From: a virus
DNA: 64,000 nt
IMG/VR virus record: IMGVR_UViG_3300045988_108148
Strand: one strand, 5' to 3'
The notes under the pieces are model-generated. The model worked only from the letters and a program-made list of their open reading frames with translations. It was not told where the DNA came from and searched no databases. Shown one piece after another: positions 35,897 through 47,200 of the stretch; positions within the stretch are counted from its first letter, which is position 1; each line of letters begins with the position of its first letter. The translations under genes were made by a program, and so were the position numbers.

Positions 35897-36607
35897 ATGA
35901 CAGTATTAGAAGCACATATAGCGTTTAAGATTGAAGCAGATAAAAATGCCGTTAATATTGGTATATCTGGTTGTCCATCTTTTTTACCTGAGGAAATTGA
36001 TTATTGGTTATATACAGCGTATCTAAGTAAGATAGCTACTAAAGCTACTGGTAACAATACTCTTAGAATACCATTTGAAGGTAATGTAAAAAGAGTAGCA
36101 GACTTAGAAGGTTTAGTAAAAACTGATAAGGGATTGTCTTTACTAAGTGAATCTATAAGTAATAGACTTACTATGAATAATTTCAAATCTAGTATTACTT
36201 ATGGTGATGATACTCAAGATAAGCGTATGTACTTCTTAGAAGGAATTTTACATTTTGGTAGTAATAAAATAGCTACAGTAAAACTTATTAGTCACGAACA
36301 AGCTACTAGATTCTTAGAAACTTATAATAATAAACCTTGGATTGAAGAACCTGTAGCAATACTGGAAGATAATAAGTTAATAGTATTTATAGATAGGGAT
36401 CTTATGGTAGGTCCCTATACTATAGATATTACTTATCTAGCATACCCAAGAAAGATTAATAATCAAGATATTACGTCTACTCTGGATGAAATCCCAGAGT
36501 ATATGCAATATGAAGTAGTTAAATTAGCTGCTGACATGGCAATTGAGAATATTGAATCTCCAAGAACTCAAACACATCCACAGTACGTAGCACAATTATC
36601 AGAGTAA
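35897..36607 (+). CDS. structural-module paralogue 1 (connector or adaptor candidate)
   Basis: 236 aa. It shares its length and a C-terminal motif (IPEYMQYEVVKLAADMAIEN) with the next two ORFs. Confidence 0.7.
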   Translation: MTVLEAHIAFKIEADKNAVNIGISGCPSFLPEEIDYWLYTAYLSKIATKATGNNTLRIPFEGNVKRVADLEGLVKTDKGLSLLSESISNRLTMNNFKSSITYGDDTQDKRMYFLEGILHFGSNKIATVKLISHEQATRFLETYNNKPWIEEPVAILEDNKLIVFIDRDLMVGPYTIDITYLAYPRKINNQDITSTLDEIPEYMQYEVVKLAADMAIENIESPRTQTHPQYVAQLSE

Positions 36608-36608
36608 T

Positions 36609-37307
36609 ATGAGTAGTAAGGAAATGCAAATGGAATTCGAAAGACGAATTCAACTTATTAGCCCAGATCTTATTATAGATGAGAAACCTAACTCTGATCT
36701 TATATTTTCAATACTAAATGAAGCTCAAGATAGGTATGTAATGATGAATTATGTTGGTGATGATCAAATGGAAACTGAAACTAACATACATACTAGAAAT
36801 ACAGACTCTATTAAGAGTTTATTAGTAGAAAAAGAGTTAACCGCAACAGGTACTACTCTTAATGGTTTCACAAGATACAGATTACCATATGTACCTACTG
36901 AAGAATATTTCTTATATGTACATTCTTTTAGTAAAGTAAAAGGTACATATAAACAATACAAAGATTTTGTTAGAGTAGATAATCAATTAGTTAAGTATAG
37001 GGATCTTGGTAAGTTTATTAAAACTGCATACAATACACCTATCATTAGGCAACCTGCTGTTGCATTAGTATCAGATCCTACTACTAAATATAACTATATA
37101 GAAGTAGCAGTAGATGCATATACTACATTAGGTAATGTTACATTAACTTACTATAGAAAACCATTAAGATTTAATACTACTGATGGAGCTAGTAAATGTG
37201 AACTACCAGAATCAATTCATAGTGAAATTGTAGATTTAGCAGTTAATATGTTTATTACTGAAGGTAAATATAGATTACAAGTAAAACAACCAAATAATCA
37301 ACAATAA
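36609..37307 (+). CDS. structural-module paralogue 2
   Basis: 232 aa, with LPESIHSEIVDLAVNMFITE. Confidence 0.7.
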   Translation: MSSKEMQMEFERRIQLISPDLIIDEKPNSDLIFSILNEAQDRYVMMNYVGDDQMETETNIHTRNTDSIKSLLVEKELTATGTTLNGFTRYRLPYVPTEEYFLYVHSFSKVKGTYKQYKDFVRVDNQLVKYRDLGKFIKTAYNTPIIRQPAVALVSDPTTKYNYIEVAVDAYTTLGNVTLTYYRKPLRFNTTDGASKCELPESIHSEIVDLAVNMFITEGKYRLQVKQPNNQQ

Positions 37308-38008
37308 TGAAGTATATTGAATTACAAACAGCATTTGAATTAGAAATAGATCAATTAGATGACAATCTAACAAAACCTACTACTTCAGATATTGAGTATT
37401 GGTTAATGGCTGGATTAGATAAATTTATCAAAACTAGATATTCTGGTATTAATTTCAAGCAAACTGGATTTGAACAAGACCAAAAAAGAATTGATGATCT
37501 TCGTACATTAGTTACTAGAAAATCTTATCAATTTACTACATATCCAGAAGAGTATACAGTTACTCTACCAGATGATTATATGTTTACTGTAGGAGAAACT
37601 GCTGTAATATTTAGTTATGATCATTGTTGGCCTGTGGGTCCAAGTGGTCAACCAAGAACTAAAAATACAGATGTGTTAGAAGCCACAGTAGAAAATATAG
37701 ATAGACAAAGACAAAACACTTTGTCAGAATATAGATTACATGGTAGATCTGCTAGACCATTAAGATTGTATGAAGGAAACGAAATCCATTTATATACAGA
37801 TGGTAATTATAATATAAGAAATTATATTCTCACTTACTTGAGAACTCCTAAAAGGATTAGTCTTACTGATGCTCCATTTGATGAGTATACAGATATGCCA
37901 GCTGCAACTCATAATGAGATAGTTAAGTTAGCGGTAGAGTTGTATTTGGAAAATAAGGCTAATCCAAGATATCAATCGTATATGAACGAAGTTAGTACAA
38001 TGGAATGA
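37307..38008 (+). CDS. structural-module paralogue 3
   Basis: 233 aa, with MPAATHNEIVKLAVELYLEN. Confidence 0.7.
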   Translation: MKYIELQTAFELEIDQLDDNLTKPTTSDIEYWLMAGLDKFIKTRYSGINFKQTGFEQDQKRIDDLRTLVTRKSYQFTTYPEEYTVTLPDDYMFTVGETAVIFSYDHCWPVGPSGQPRTKNTDVLEATVENIDRQRQNTLSEYRLHGRSARPLRLYEGNEIHLYTDGNYNIRNYILTYLRTPKRISLTDAPFDEYTDMPAATHNEIVKLAVELYLENKANPRYQSYMNEVSTME

Positions 38009-38122
38009 TTATACGAAATAGTTTAGTTTGACGAGGAAATCTGAAACACGAAAGTAGAAGAACTAATCAAAATGTTAAGCTAGACGTCTAATTAAAGTTT
38101 AACAAAAATAAAAATAAAAATT

Positions 38123-39100
38123 ATGCTTAATCATGTGAATACGGTACTTATTGGTACTGATGCACCTACATCTTATACGACAGTAGATGCATTGACAGAA
38201 GGTCAGATTGCATTATTTGATCAAAATAGAGCAATTGTAAAAGATGCAGCTGGAGCTAAAGCTGCTAGTTCATTGTACATTGGCGTTTGTGAAGGCAAAG
38301 AAGATGTTTATAATGGAGAAGGAACAAAATCAACTAAATCAGTTATTCGTTTTTCAATGCCTATCATGAAGGGTTCTAAACCTAACATGGTATTTAGTAA
38401 ATATGTAGCTGCAGCTGAAGATAAAATTGTAATCACAGCTACTAATGTTACTCCGGAAGTTGGTCATCGTTATGTATTACGTTTAGTGTACAATGACATC
38501 TATGAGGCACCTGGGCAATTTACTCATACTTATGAAGTAATTGCAAAGAGTACTAATGCAACTGATTTGATTACAGCTTTCAAAAACAAAATCAACAAAC
38601 ACAAAGAAGCCAGAGTAGTAGCAACTAGTGATGCTGCTGTTCTTACATTGAATGCTAAGGAAATGCCGTATAACGAAGGTATTATGTTAGACTCAAATTA
38701 TTCTCAGGTTTCTGTGGAAGCATTTATGGGGAAAACTATTCCTTCCGGTTTGTTGAGTAATGTAATGTATCCTATTGCCAATTTAACGATTGCTAAAACT
38801 CAAGGTACTCCAGGTAAGGGTAATCCGAAAATTGTTCGTGATCGTGAAAATGCAGCTCTTGGTTACAGAGGTATCACACACCGTGCAAATGGTATATATC
38901 CGTGCATTGCTCCTGAGTTGAAAGCCGATTTAAGTGCTACTTACGATACATTGTCTATCGAATGGGATAATAAATATCTTAGTGATGATAATCAATATAT
39001 TAAAACAACTCCATTAGCTTGTGAATTGTATGTAAATGCTGGTGAACTTGATGACTCTGCATTTATGACAGCTTTAAAAGCTTTTGTAGAAGTTGCTTAA
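38123..39100 (+). CDS. abundant-looking virion structural protein (role unresolved)
   Basis: 325 aa. It is preceded by a 114-nt gap and followed by a strong terminator, which suggests a separately and highly expressed structural gene. Confidence 0.7.
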   Translation: MLNHVNTVLIGTDAPTSYTTVDALTEGQIALFDQNRAIVKDAAGAKAASSLYIGVCEGKEDVYNGEGTKSTKSVIRFSMPIMKGSKPNMVFSKYVAAAEDKIVITATNVTPEVGHRYVLRLVYNDIYEAPGQFTHTYEVIAKSTNATDLITAFKNKINKHKEARVVATSDAAVLTLNAKEMPYNEGIMLDSNYSQVSVEAFMGKTIPSGLLSNVMYPIANLTIAKTQGTPGKGNPKIVRDRENAALGYRGITHRANGIYPCIAPELKADLSATYDTLSIEWDNKYLSDDNQYIKTTPLACELYVNAGELDDSAFMTALKAFVEVA

Positions 39101-39123
39101 TCAAAAAATATAATTCAAACCAA

Positions 39124-39165
39124 AAAGGGGATTGGGAGTAATATCCCTTTCCCCTTTTATTTTAT
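39124..39165 (+). terminator. intrinsic terminator
   Basis: AAAGGGGA..GGGA-GTAATA-TCCC..TCCCCTTT is an interrupted hairpin. It is followed by TTTTATTTTAT. Confidence 0.7.
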
Positions 39166-39176
39166 ATACGATTGAT

Positions 39177-39443
39177 ATGGAAATGAATGAATCATTGTAT
39201 TATGCAGAAATAAAACTGCTAACTACGTATTGCCACAACTGCCTAGATAACAAAATGAAGGATAAAATAATGATGTTTCTGTTTAAGAAAACACTTTATG
39301 ATAATGCTACTACTTTGAATCTTGCAGATGATGCAGAACAGTATTATAATGAAATGCTGAATTTACTTGATATGAGAACGTGTAATTGTACTATTGATAA
39401 CTGTAAAAATTGTAAAGATGGATATTGCGAATTATGTAAGTAA
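39177..39443 (+). CDS. small Cys-rich protein
   Basis: ORF track frame 39132..39443, trimmed to the first ATG past the terminator (MEMNESLYY...). The C-terminus reads CNCTIDNCKNCKDGYCELCK. Confidence 0.6.
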   Translation: MEMNESLYYAEIKLLTTYCHNCLDNKMKDKIMMFLFKKTLYDNATTLNLADDAEQYYNEMLNLLDMRTCNCTIDNCKNCKDGYCELCK

Positions 39444-39717
39444 AGTTGGTGAATTAGTTAATCAGTCTACTAAGTACAATACAAAACTGGATAGAACTTC
39501 TATTACTAATTTAGTATTATTGTTACATTTAGACAAATTATCTAGTTGGGCCAGTACTAAATTGGGTGATGAAGATTTTCCCATTACTCAGGAGGATGTA
39601 GATAAAATTATAGGATATATACATTGTTTAAAAAAACAAATTAATTTCTATCCAGAAAAAGATATCGACAATGATTGTATATTGACAGAAATTGAAGAAC
39701 ACATAATCCAAGAGTAA
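39418..39717 (+). CDS. hypothetical protein
   Basis: ORF track frame 39394..39717, trimmed to ATG (MDIANYVSKV...). It overlaps the previous ORF by 26 nt. Confidence 0.6.
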   Translation: MDIANYVSKVGELVNQSTKYNTKLDRTSITNLVLLLHLDKLSSWASTKLGDEDFPITQEDVDKIIGYIHCLKKQINFYPEKDIDNDCILTEIEEHIIQE

Positions 39718-39718
39718 T

Positions 39719-42700
39719 ATGAATAAAAAGATATCACAATTTGAACTAACAACTAAACTGCAAGAGCAAGACCTCATTACCCTTGTACAAGATGGTAGTA
39801 ATAAAAATATTACTAGTGGAAGTTTTACTACATCACTATCAGGTACATTTGCTACTAATGAGAGAGTAGATGCTGTAGAAGAAGATGTTGAGATACTAGA
39901 TACTAAAGTAAATGATAACTATAAAGATCTTAGTAATAAGATAGTAGAAGGAGATACTAGTGTAACTACTAATCTTAATAGTGCTATCACTAGTTACTAT
40001 GATGTATTGAATAATAAGATCATTACTTTAGATACTAAGCATGACACCGATATGTCAGAGATTGGTGGTACTATGCAAGAATGGATAGATGATATTGATA
40101 ATAGATCTACATTACAACAATTACAGGATGCTCTCAATAGACTTACTGTAGCTGAGAATACTATTACAGCATTATCTGAACTTATTGCAAATGGTGGAGG
40201 TAGTGGATCTGCTCCAGGCTATCACACCCAAAGTACTGCTACGATATTTCCTTTATCTGGTTATTATAAAGCAAATGATGCATCTCCATTAACTACTACA
40301 GATACATTAAATCAAGCTTTATCTAAACTTGAAAATCAAGTAGAAGCAGTAGCTAGCAGTTCTGGTTCTTTACCTGTTATAAAAAGAGGGGAAAGTACTC
40401 CACCAAGTGACTATTTTTTATATACCTCTGCAAAAGTAGCAGAAGATTATATTAATAAACACGGCGATGAGGTTGATGGAAGAATAGATTATATAACTGG
40501 TTGGCAAGGTGGTAAAACATTTAGACAAGGTTGGGATGGAGTTGGAGCTAGCTTATATCCTCTTGGATCTAAGTGGAATTTAGAACTGGACAATTTATTT
40601 GTAAGAGGCAACATGACAGTTAATGAACTTACAGTAAATGAAATCAAAGCTGTTGGTGGAGATATTCTCGTTACTGTTGCTGACATGAAGTGTGTCAAAG
40701 TAGAAGAATTAGCAGACTCTTATAAATGTTATTTTGATACAGAAGATGGAACTAAACATAATCAATTTATAGCTAATGATTTAGCAATATGTCAAAAATT
40801 TGATGGACACAATGTAAAGAGATACTGGCGTAAAGTTAATGCTACAGGAACAGACTGTATTTATTTATCTAAAGATGTATGTGAACCTGGTAGTGGAAAA
40901 CCAGAAGCAGATGATGAAATATTGCAATTAGGCCATATGTACGAATCTGATCCAGACTACAATTTACAAATGGATGAGAGACGTAATGCAATCTTTATTA
41001 GTGCTAAAGGTGAAAATGCTCCTAGAATATCATTCTATAAAAATATAGATACATTTTCATTAGCAGATGAAGATGGTCTTACTAGAGAAAGAGTAGTTAT
41101 TGGTGGAAATGAAACTAAATTTATAGGAACTATATCACAAACATCAGGAAATGATATAGTCAGAGTACCTGTATATAAAGGTGTATGGGTAGCCGGGAAT
41201 ACTTATTTTTATTATGATCAAGTAACTCATAAAGGTAGTTTATGGATTTGTATGAATCCTAATGGTACTAAGGACGAACCTAGTGAAACAGATGACGAGT
41301 GGCAGAAACAAGTAGCAAAAGGAGATGATGGTAAGTCTGGAGATGATGTTGCTAAATGGGTAGAAATAGTAGGAGACAGATTGTTTTTATTCCAAACTCC
41401 TGACTTTTCAGGTGTTCCAGAACCTACTAGCATTCACTTAACTGCAAATGTTTATGGCATAGAAGCACCGGTGTATGAGTGGACATATCAAGATGGTTCT
41501 GGTACAATTATATCACATCAAAGTTCGATTGATTTTCCATATACATCAATGCCTACAAGCTCTCGTACTTTAACGTTAAGGTGTACTGTAACACATTCAG
41601 ATGGAACTAAATATTATGACGATGTACAATTAGCAAAATTATCAAATGGTGCTGAGGGTTTAGATGCCTATTATATTGATTTAACTAACGGTACTGTTGC
41701 AATACCTTTTGCATCTGATGGTGTGACGCCATTAGTAGATTTAAGTACTATTAGTACTGCAGTATATGCATATAGAGGTATTAATCAAGTTGCAATTAAG
41801 ACGATAACCACTAATACTTCACAAGGTATAGCAACTGTATCTATTAATGCTAATACAATAACACTTACCTCAATATCTACAGCAAGTGCGGCAATAGATT
41901 TAAATGTTACATTAGAAGATGGTGTCAGTGTAACTAAAACATGGTATATTAATAAGACTTCTAATGGAGAAAATGGATTTAATGGTGAAGATGCTACATA
42001 TGTGACTATGTCAGGAGATCAATTTTTTCATTATAAATCTGGTGCTTTGATACCAGATCCAACTACTATTACTTTAACTACAGATGCATTTAATTTATTA
42101 TCTCCTACTTTTCAATGGTATTGGGCAATAGCAGGTACATACGATTGGCAGTTGCTACAAAATGAAACAAAAAATACATTAGTAGTTTCATATAATGGTG
42201 TTTATTTTACTAGTACAGGAAAAGATGAAATAACTTTCAAATGTGAAGTTAGTGGTTCTGGAACAGTATACTCAGACTTTATGACTATTAATAATGTAAG
42301 AGACGGTGAAAATGTATACAGAGGTATACTTACTAACGAAAATGCATCTGTTCCTGCTGATTCTGCTGGTGTAGTGTCTAGTTATAATACTGCTACTACT
42401 CAAGCAAGGTTAAAATATGGTTCACAAGAAATAACTGATTTTAAACTAATAACTACATTACAAACCGGTACTGGTACACTATCTTATACACAAAGTACAC
42501 AAACTATTAAATGTACTCAACTTGGTACTGATTACGCATTATGGAGAGTTGATTTTGTTACTCCAGCAACAGGTGGTACGGTTGTAGATTCAGTTGATTT
42601 TGTACTAACAAAAGCTAAATCTGGTACAGATGGTAATCCTGGTACAAGTCCAATACCTATATATTGTAATACTACTGGAAATAAACCTTCTAGACCAACA

Positions 42701-43912
42701 TTCACATCTAGGCCAACTGCTTCTGGGTCAAATAGTGGAGGTAATACATGGTATCCAGATGCTACATATAGTGCATCAGCTACTACTTGGATAAGTACCG
42801 GTAGTTATGATACAGTAACTAAACAGATTGTATATGATGAAAGTATTGGTGGTTATTGGACAGATCCTATAAAATTCTCTGGAAAAGATGGTGAGAAAGG
42901 TGATAAAGGAGACAAAGGTGATAAAGGAAATACTGGAGCACCTGGTTCAGATGGATGGAATGGTCCATCTTTAAGTTATCGTGGAGACTTTGATTATAAT
43001 AAATATTATGCATGGACAGTAAATCCAGATGTAAGAGACACCGTTAAATATAACGGAAAATATTACATGGTCGCAGATTCTAGAAGAAATTGGGGTTCGT
43101 TTCATAATGTTTATCCTACTAATGAAAGTTATTGGACAGTATTTGGAGCTAGTTTTGAATCTGTCGCAACTGGATTGTTATTTGCAGAAAAAGCAACTAT
43201 AGCTGGAATGGATTTTTATAATAATTGTATTCAAGCTCAAACTGGTAGATTTTTTATAGATGGGCGTTCAGCTTCTGATCTTGCTGGTTTGCCAATTATG
43301 TCATTTGGTGAAAATGCTTCTAAAGATGGAGTTCCGAGTTCTACTGCTGCAATAAAAATCTATGGTGGGGGTACTATTACTGTTGGTAATGGAACGGTAT
43401 CATCAAATGCTGGAATAACTGGACAAAATTATCCAACTGGAAATCCAGTTAGATTTTGGGCTGGAAATACTTTTGAAAGTAGAGAAAATGCTCCATTTAT
43501 TGTATATCAAAACGGTAGTATAAAAGCAACTAATGCAAATTTAACTGGAAGTTTTCAAACAACAAGCAGTGGTAATAAAGTAGTTATTAGTAATAGTAAC
43601 TCTATTTCTATGTACAACTCTGGTGGTCAACTTACATTATCAACTGGATTTTCTAGTTATGCATCAGGTTATGATATTGGTAATTTATCTTTTTACGCTA
43701 GAAATACATCAGGAAATGTATTAGGGCAAATTACAATGAATGCAGTGGGTATAACTATTGGAGGTGCTTCGAACGTTTTCCGTTTAGGTTTGTATTCTGC
43801 TGGATATATGAGAATGAATCATACTTCCATGCCTAATGATGGTACTTTATCTTCGTATCCATCGGGTACTATTTATAGAACATCTGATAATTACTTAAAA
43901 ATAAAACCATAA
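39719..43912 (+). CDS. tail fibre or spike protein with a collagen-like segment
   Basis: 1397 aa, Thr/Ser/Gly-rich and beta-type in composition. It has GKDGEKGDKGDKGDKGNTGAPGSDG (about 42881-42955). Confidence 0.75.
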   Translation: MNKKISQFELTTKLQEQDLITLVQDGSNKNITSGSFTTSLSGTFATNERVDAVEEDVEILDTKVNDNYKDLSNKIVEGDTSVTTNLNSAITSYYDVLNNKIITLDTKHDTDMSEIGGTMQEWIDDIDNRSTLQQLQDALNRLTVAENTITALSELIANGGGSGSAPGYHTQSTATIFPLSGYYKANDASPLTTTDTLNQALSKLENQVEAVASSSGSLPVIKRGESTPPSDYFLYTSAKVAEDYINKHGDEVDGRIDYITGWQGGKTFRQGWDGVGASLYPLGSKWNLELDNLFVRGNMTVNELTVNEIKAVGGDILVTVADMKCVKVEELADSYKCYFDTEDGTKHNQFIANDLAICQKFDGHNVKRYWRKVNATGTDCIYLSKDVCEPGSGKPEADDEILQLGHMYESDPDYNLQMDERRNAIFISAKGENAPRISFYKNIDTFSLADEDGLTRERVVIGGNETKFIGTISQTSGNDIVRVPVYKGVWVAGNTYFYYDQVTHKGSLWICMNPNGTKDEPSETDDEWQKQVAKGDDGKSGDDVAKWVEIVGDRLFLFQTPDFSGVPEPTSIHLTANVYGIEAPVYEWTYQDGSGTIISHQSSIDFPYTSMPTSSRTLTLRCTVTHSDGTKYYDDVQLAKLSNGAEGLDAYYIDLTNGTVAIPFASDGVTPLVDLSTISTAVYAYRGINQVAIKTITTNTSQGIATVSINANTITLTSISTASAAIDLNVTLEDGVSVTKTWYINKTSNGENGFNGEDATYVTMSGDQFFHYKSGALIPDPTTITLTTDAFNLLSPTFQWYWAIAGTYDWQLLQNETKNTLVVSYNGVYFTSTGKDEITFKCEVSGSGTVYSDFMTINNVRDGENVYRGILTNENASVPADSAGVVSSYNTATTQARLKYGSQEITDFKLITTLQTGTGTLSYTQSTQTIKCTQLGTDYALWRVDFVTPATGGTVVDSVDFVLTKAKSGTDGNPGTSPIPIYCNTTGNKPSRPTFTSRPTASGSNSGGNTWYPDATYSASATTWISTGSYDTVTKQIVYDESIGGYWTDPIKFSGKDGEKGDKGDKGDKGNTGAPGSDGWNGPSLSYRGDFDYNKYYAWTVNPDVRDTVKYNGKYYMVADSRRNWGSFHNVYPTNESYWTVFGASFESVATGLLFAEKATIAGMDFYNNCIQAQTGRFFIDGRSASDLAGLPIMSFGENASKDGVPSSTAAIKIYGGGTITVGNGTVSSNAGITGQNYPTGNPVRFWAGNTFESRENAPFIVYQNGSIKATNANLTGSFQTTSSGNKVVISNSNSISMYNSGGQLTLSTGFSSYASGYDIGNLSFYARNTSGNVLGQITMNAVGITIGGASNVFRLGLYSAGYMRMNHTSMPNDGTLSSYPSGTIYRTSDNYLKIKP

Positions 43913-43913
43913 T

Positions 43914-44252
43914 ATGAAATTATCTTTAGTAGATAGAGTTATAATAATAAATTCTATATTGCCAACCACTGGCACAATTGAACAAATTAGAACAATTCTA
44001 TCAATAAAAAACAAAATAAAATTAACAGAGCAAGAAAATGCATCTTTAAAAATAACAGTACCATATAATAATATTATCCAAATTGATAATATTACAGATA
44101 CAATGTTGTTAAGAGATACAGTATATAGTTTTTCTGTAGCTGAAATAGAATTATTAAAGTTGTTCTCTAATTCCATTAATTCAAATGGATGGGTAACTGA
44201 ATCTAGTTTAAGTACAGTAGAATATTTAATCAATTATACAATTGAAGAATAA
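43914..44252 (+). CDS. small protein between the two giant fibre genes
   Basis: ORF track, 112 aa. Abuts both neighbours. Confidence 0.6.
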   Translation: MKLSLVDRVIIINSILPTTGTIEQIRTILSIKNKIKLTEQENASLKITVPYNNIIQIDNITDTMLLRDTVYSFSVAEIELLKLFSNSINSNGWVTESSLSTVEYLINYTIEE

Positions 44253-47200
44253 TGATTAAGAATAATGTATATTATGAGTGGTTTGCAAGTATAACCGTAC
44301 CCAATCCAGATCAGGTTGGGTACTGGGTTGACTTGGGAGCAGATTCAAAAGGTAGAATAATTAAAGTTTACAATCGTGATATAGAAAAATGGATTGTACT
44401 CTTTGATGTAAGTAAAGATGACTATGTACCACCATTTATTGGTTCTAATGGCAACTGGTGGGTAGACAATAGAGATACTGGGGTAAAAGCTACTGCAGAG
44501 ACTCCATATATAGGTGAGAATGATCATTGGTTTACTTATGATCCTATCAACAAAGTATATGTAGATACAGGTATAGAAGCTCGTGGTCTTAGTGCTTACG
44601 ATATTGCAGTTAAATTAGGTTTCAAAGGTAGTGAACAAGATTGGATTGATAGTTTAAGTAAAGCATCTGAAGATGCTGCTGTTGCTGCACTAGATGCAGC
44701 TAACAAAGCAAATGAAGCTGCAGATAAAGCTAATCAAGCTGTAACAGATATTGAAGGTATAGTTGATGATGCTATCGCTGCTACTGATAAAGCTGAAGAA
44801 ATTGCTAGTAATCCACCAAAGATCGTAGATAATGATTGGTGGATTTATGACTACGATACTAAACAATATGTTAATACTGGTATAGCTGCTATTGGTGATG
44901 CTTTCACTTACAAGAAGGAATATCCTTCAGTAGAAGCAATGGAAGCTGATTGGGGTACTGCTGATGTAAAGTTAGGTGAGTATGTACTTATTAATACTAA
45001 TAATGTAGAAGATCCTGATGATGCTAAAGTTTACTTAAAGACTCAAGAAGGCTGGAAGTTTATTGTTGACTTATCTGGTATGCAAGGTATTCAAGGTTGG
45101 TCAGCATATGAACTTGCAGTAAAACATGGTTTTGTAGGTACTGAAGAAGAGTGGGTTCAATCATTAAAACAACCTGCATTAGATGCAGCAGCAGAAGCAT
45201 TAGAAGCTAAAGCTCAAGTAGAAGCTACTGAAAAAGCTGTTAAAGAAGCAGAAGCATTACGTGTTACTGCGGAACAAGGTAGAGTCAATGCTGAAAATAC
45301 CAGAGTAAGCAATGAGAATACACGCATCTCTAATGAAGATAACAGGAAAGCAGAAGAGTCTAAAAGGGTAACTGCTGAGAATGCTCGTATTGCTGCTGAA
45401 ACTTCTAGAAAAGAAGCAGAGTCTAGTAGGGTTAATGCAGAGTCAGATCGTGTAGAAGCTGAAGGTGCAAGAGCAGCAGCAGAGCAATTAAGGGCAAATT
45501 CTGAAAGTGAACGTAACACTAAGGAAAAAGAACGTATAGCTAATGAAGCAATTAGAGTTGCATCTGAAAGTGAAAGAGTAACTGCTGAGACTTCTAGAAA
45601 GGAGGAAGAAGCTAAGCGTGTAGAAGCAGAAACAGCTCGTGATACAGCAGAACAGGAAAGGGAATCAAATGAAGCCACTAGACAGGCAAATGAGGCGATT
45701 AGAGAGACTCAAGAGGCTGCAAGGGAAAAGAATACAGCTGATGCTATAACTGCCGTAAATGAGGCTAAAACAGCTGCACAACAAGCTACTACAAATGCAA
45801 CTACTGCTGCTAATAATGCTAACACTCAAGCAGCGAGAGCTAAAGAATATGCAGACAATCCTCCCAAAGTAGGAGAAGATGGTTATTGGTATCTTTGGGA
45901 TGAAGTTGATGATGTATATGTAAATACCGGTTGGCCATCTTCAGGTATTATTTTAAAAGGTAGACTTAACAGTCCAGAGGAACTAGGTGATATAGTAGAT
46001 CCGCAACTTAGTGATTCTTATATTGTTGGTACAGACTTATACTTTTGGAATGGTACAGAGTGGGTTAACATGGGTAGATTCCAAGGACCTCAAGGAGAAC
46101 CCGGTAAAGATGCTGAACTTAGTAAAGCAGCTATTGAAGCTGTATTAGTAGGTGAAGTAACTACTCATACTCATGATACTAGGTATTATACTAAGGATCA
46201 AACTGATGCTAATATAAAGGTAGTAGCAGATGATCTTGCTAACAACTACTATAATAAATCCCAAGTAGATAGTAAATTTACTTCTGTGTACATCTTTAAG
46301 GGATCTGTAGATAGTGTAGAAGATTTACCTACTGAAGGTAATGTGATTGGTGATGTATGGAATGTTCGTAAGAACGATACTAACTATGCATGGACAAGTG
46401 AAGGTTGGGATGCATTAGGAGGTACTGCTGAATTATCTTCATTAACTGCTAATGGTTTGATGTCCAAAGAAGATTTTGCAAAGTTACAAGGTATTGAAGC
46501 AGGTGCACAAGTCAATAAGATTGAAACCATTACTAAAAGAGTACTTTTGAATGTTGTAGATAAAAATGTAACTATACCAGAAGATATCGCAATTAGTCCA
46601 GATGAACCTACCAACAATGAAATCATCTGGATGGATACTGATGAAGATTATGACTTTACATTTGATGGGTATAGTAAAGTAGATGCTGATGCAAGATTTG
46701 TTCATCAAGTAGAGGGAAAAGATTTATCTACTAATGACTACAGTAATGCTGACAAAAATAAAGTAGATAATCTTAATAGTTACGTAACTAGTGGTAGTTT
46801 TGTACAAGATGCAAATAATGCTGCTATTACGTTGAATATTAAAGATCCTGTTACAGATAATAATTCCAATCAAGTACTCACTATTAACAAAGCTACCAGT
46901 ACTACTGCAGGTGTAATGTCTGCTGCTGATAAGACTAAGCTTGATGGGTTGAGTAATTACGATGATTCTACAATTACTCAGGACATTACCAACATAAAAG
47001 CAAACAAACTTGAGACAATTGAAGTAACTGGTACAGGTAATGTAATTACTACAGCTACTAAGAATGGTACTAAGATTGCATTTGCTAAAGGTATTACTGC
47101 AATGACTCAAGATGCTAGCGATGCCAGATATGTCAAAAAGGCAGGAGATACCATGACAGGTGCTCTTAATATAACGGCTGCTGGATACAATACTGAAGTT

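Noticed and set aside
39177-43912. Reading the overlapping small ORFs plus the 1397-aa ORF as tail-assembly chaperones (frameshift pair) plus a tape-measure protein.
   Set aside because: The 1397-aa protein is Thr/Ser/Gly-rich with a collagen-like run and a fibre-type N-terminus. It is not an alpha-helical tape measure. No tail tube or sheath gene is evident.
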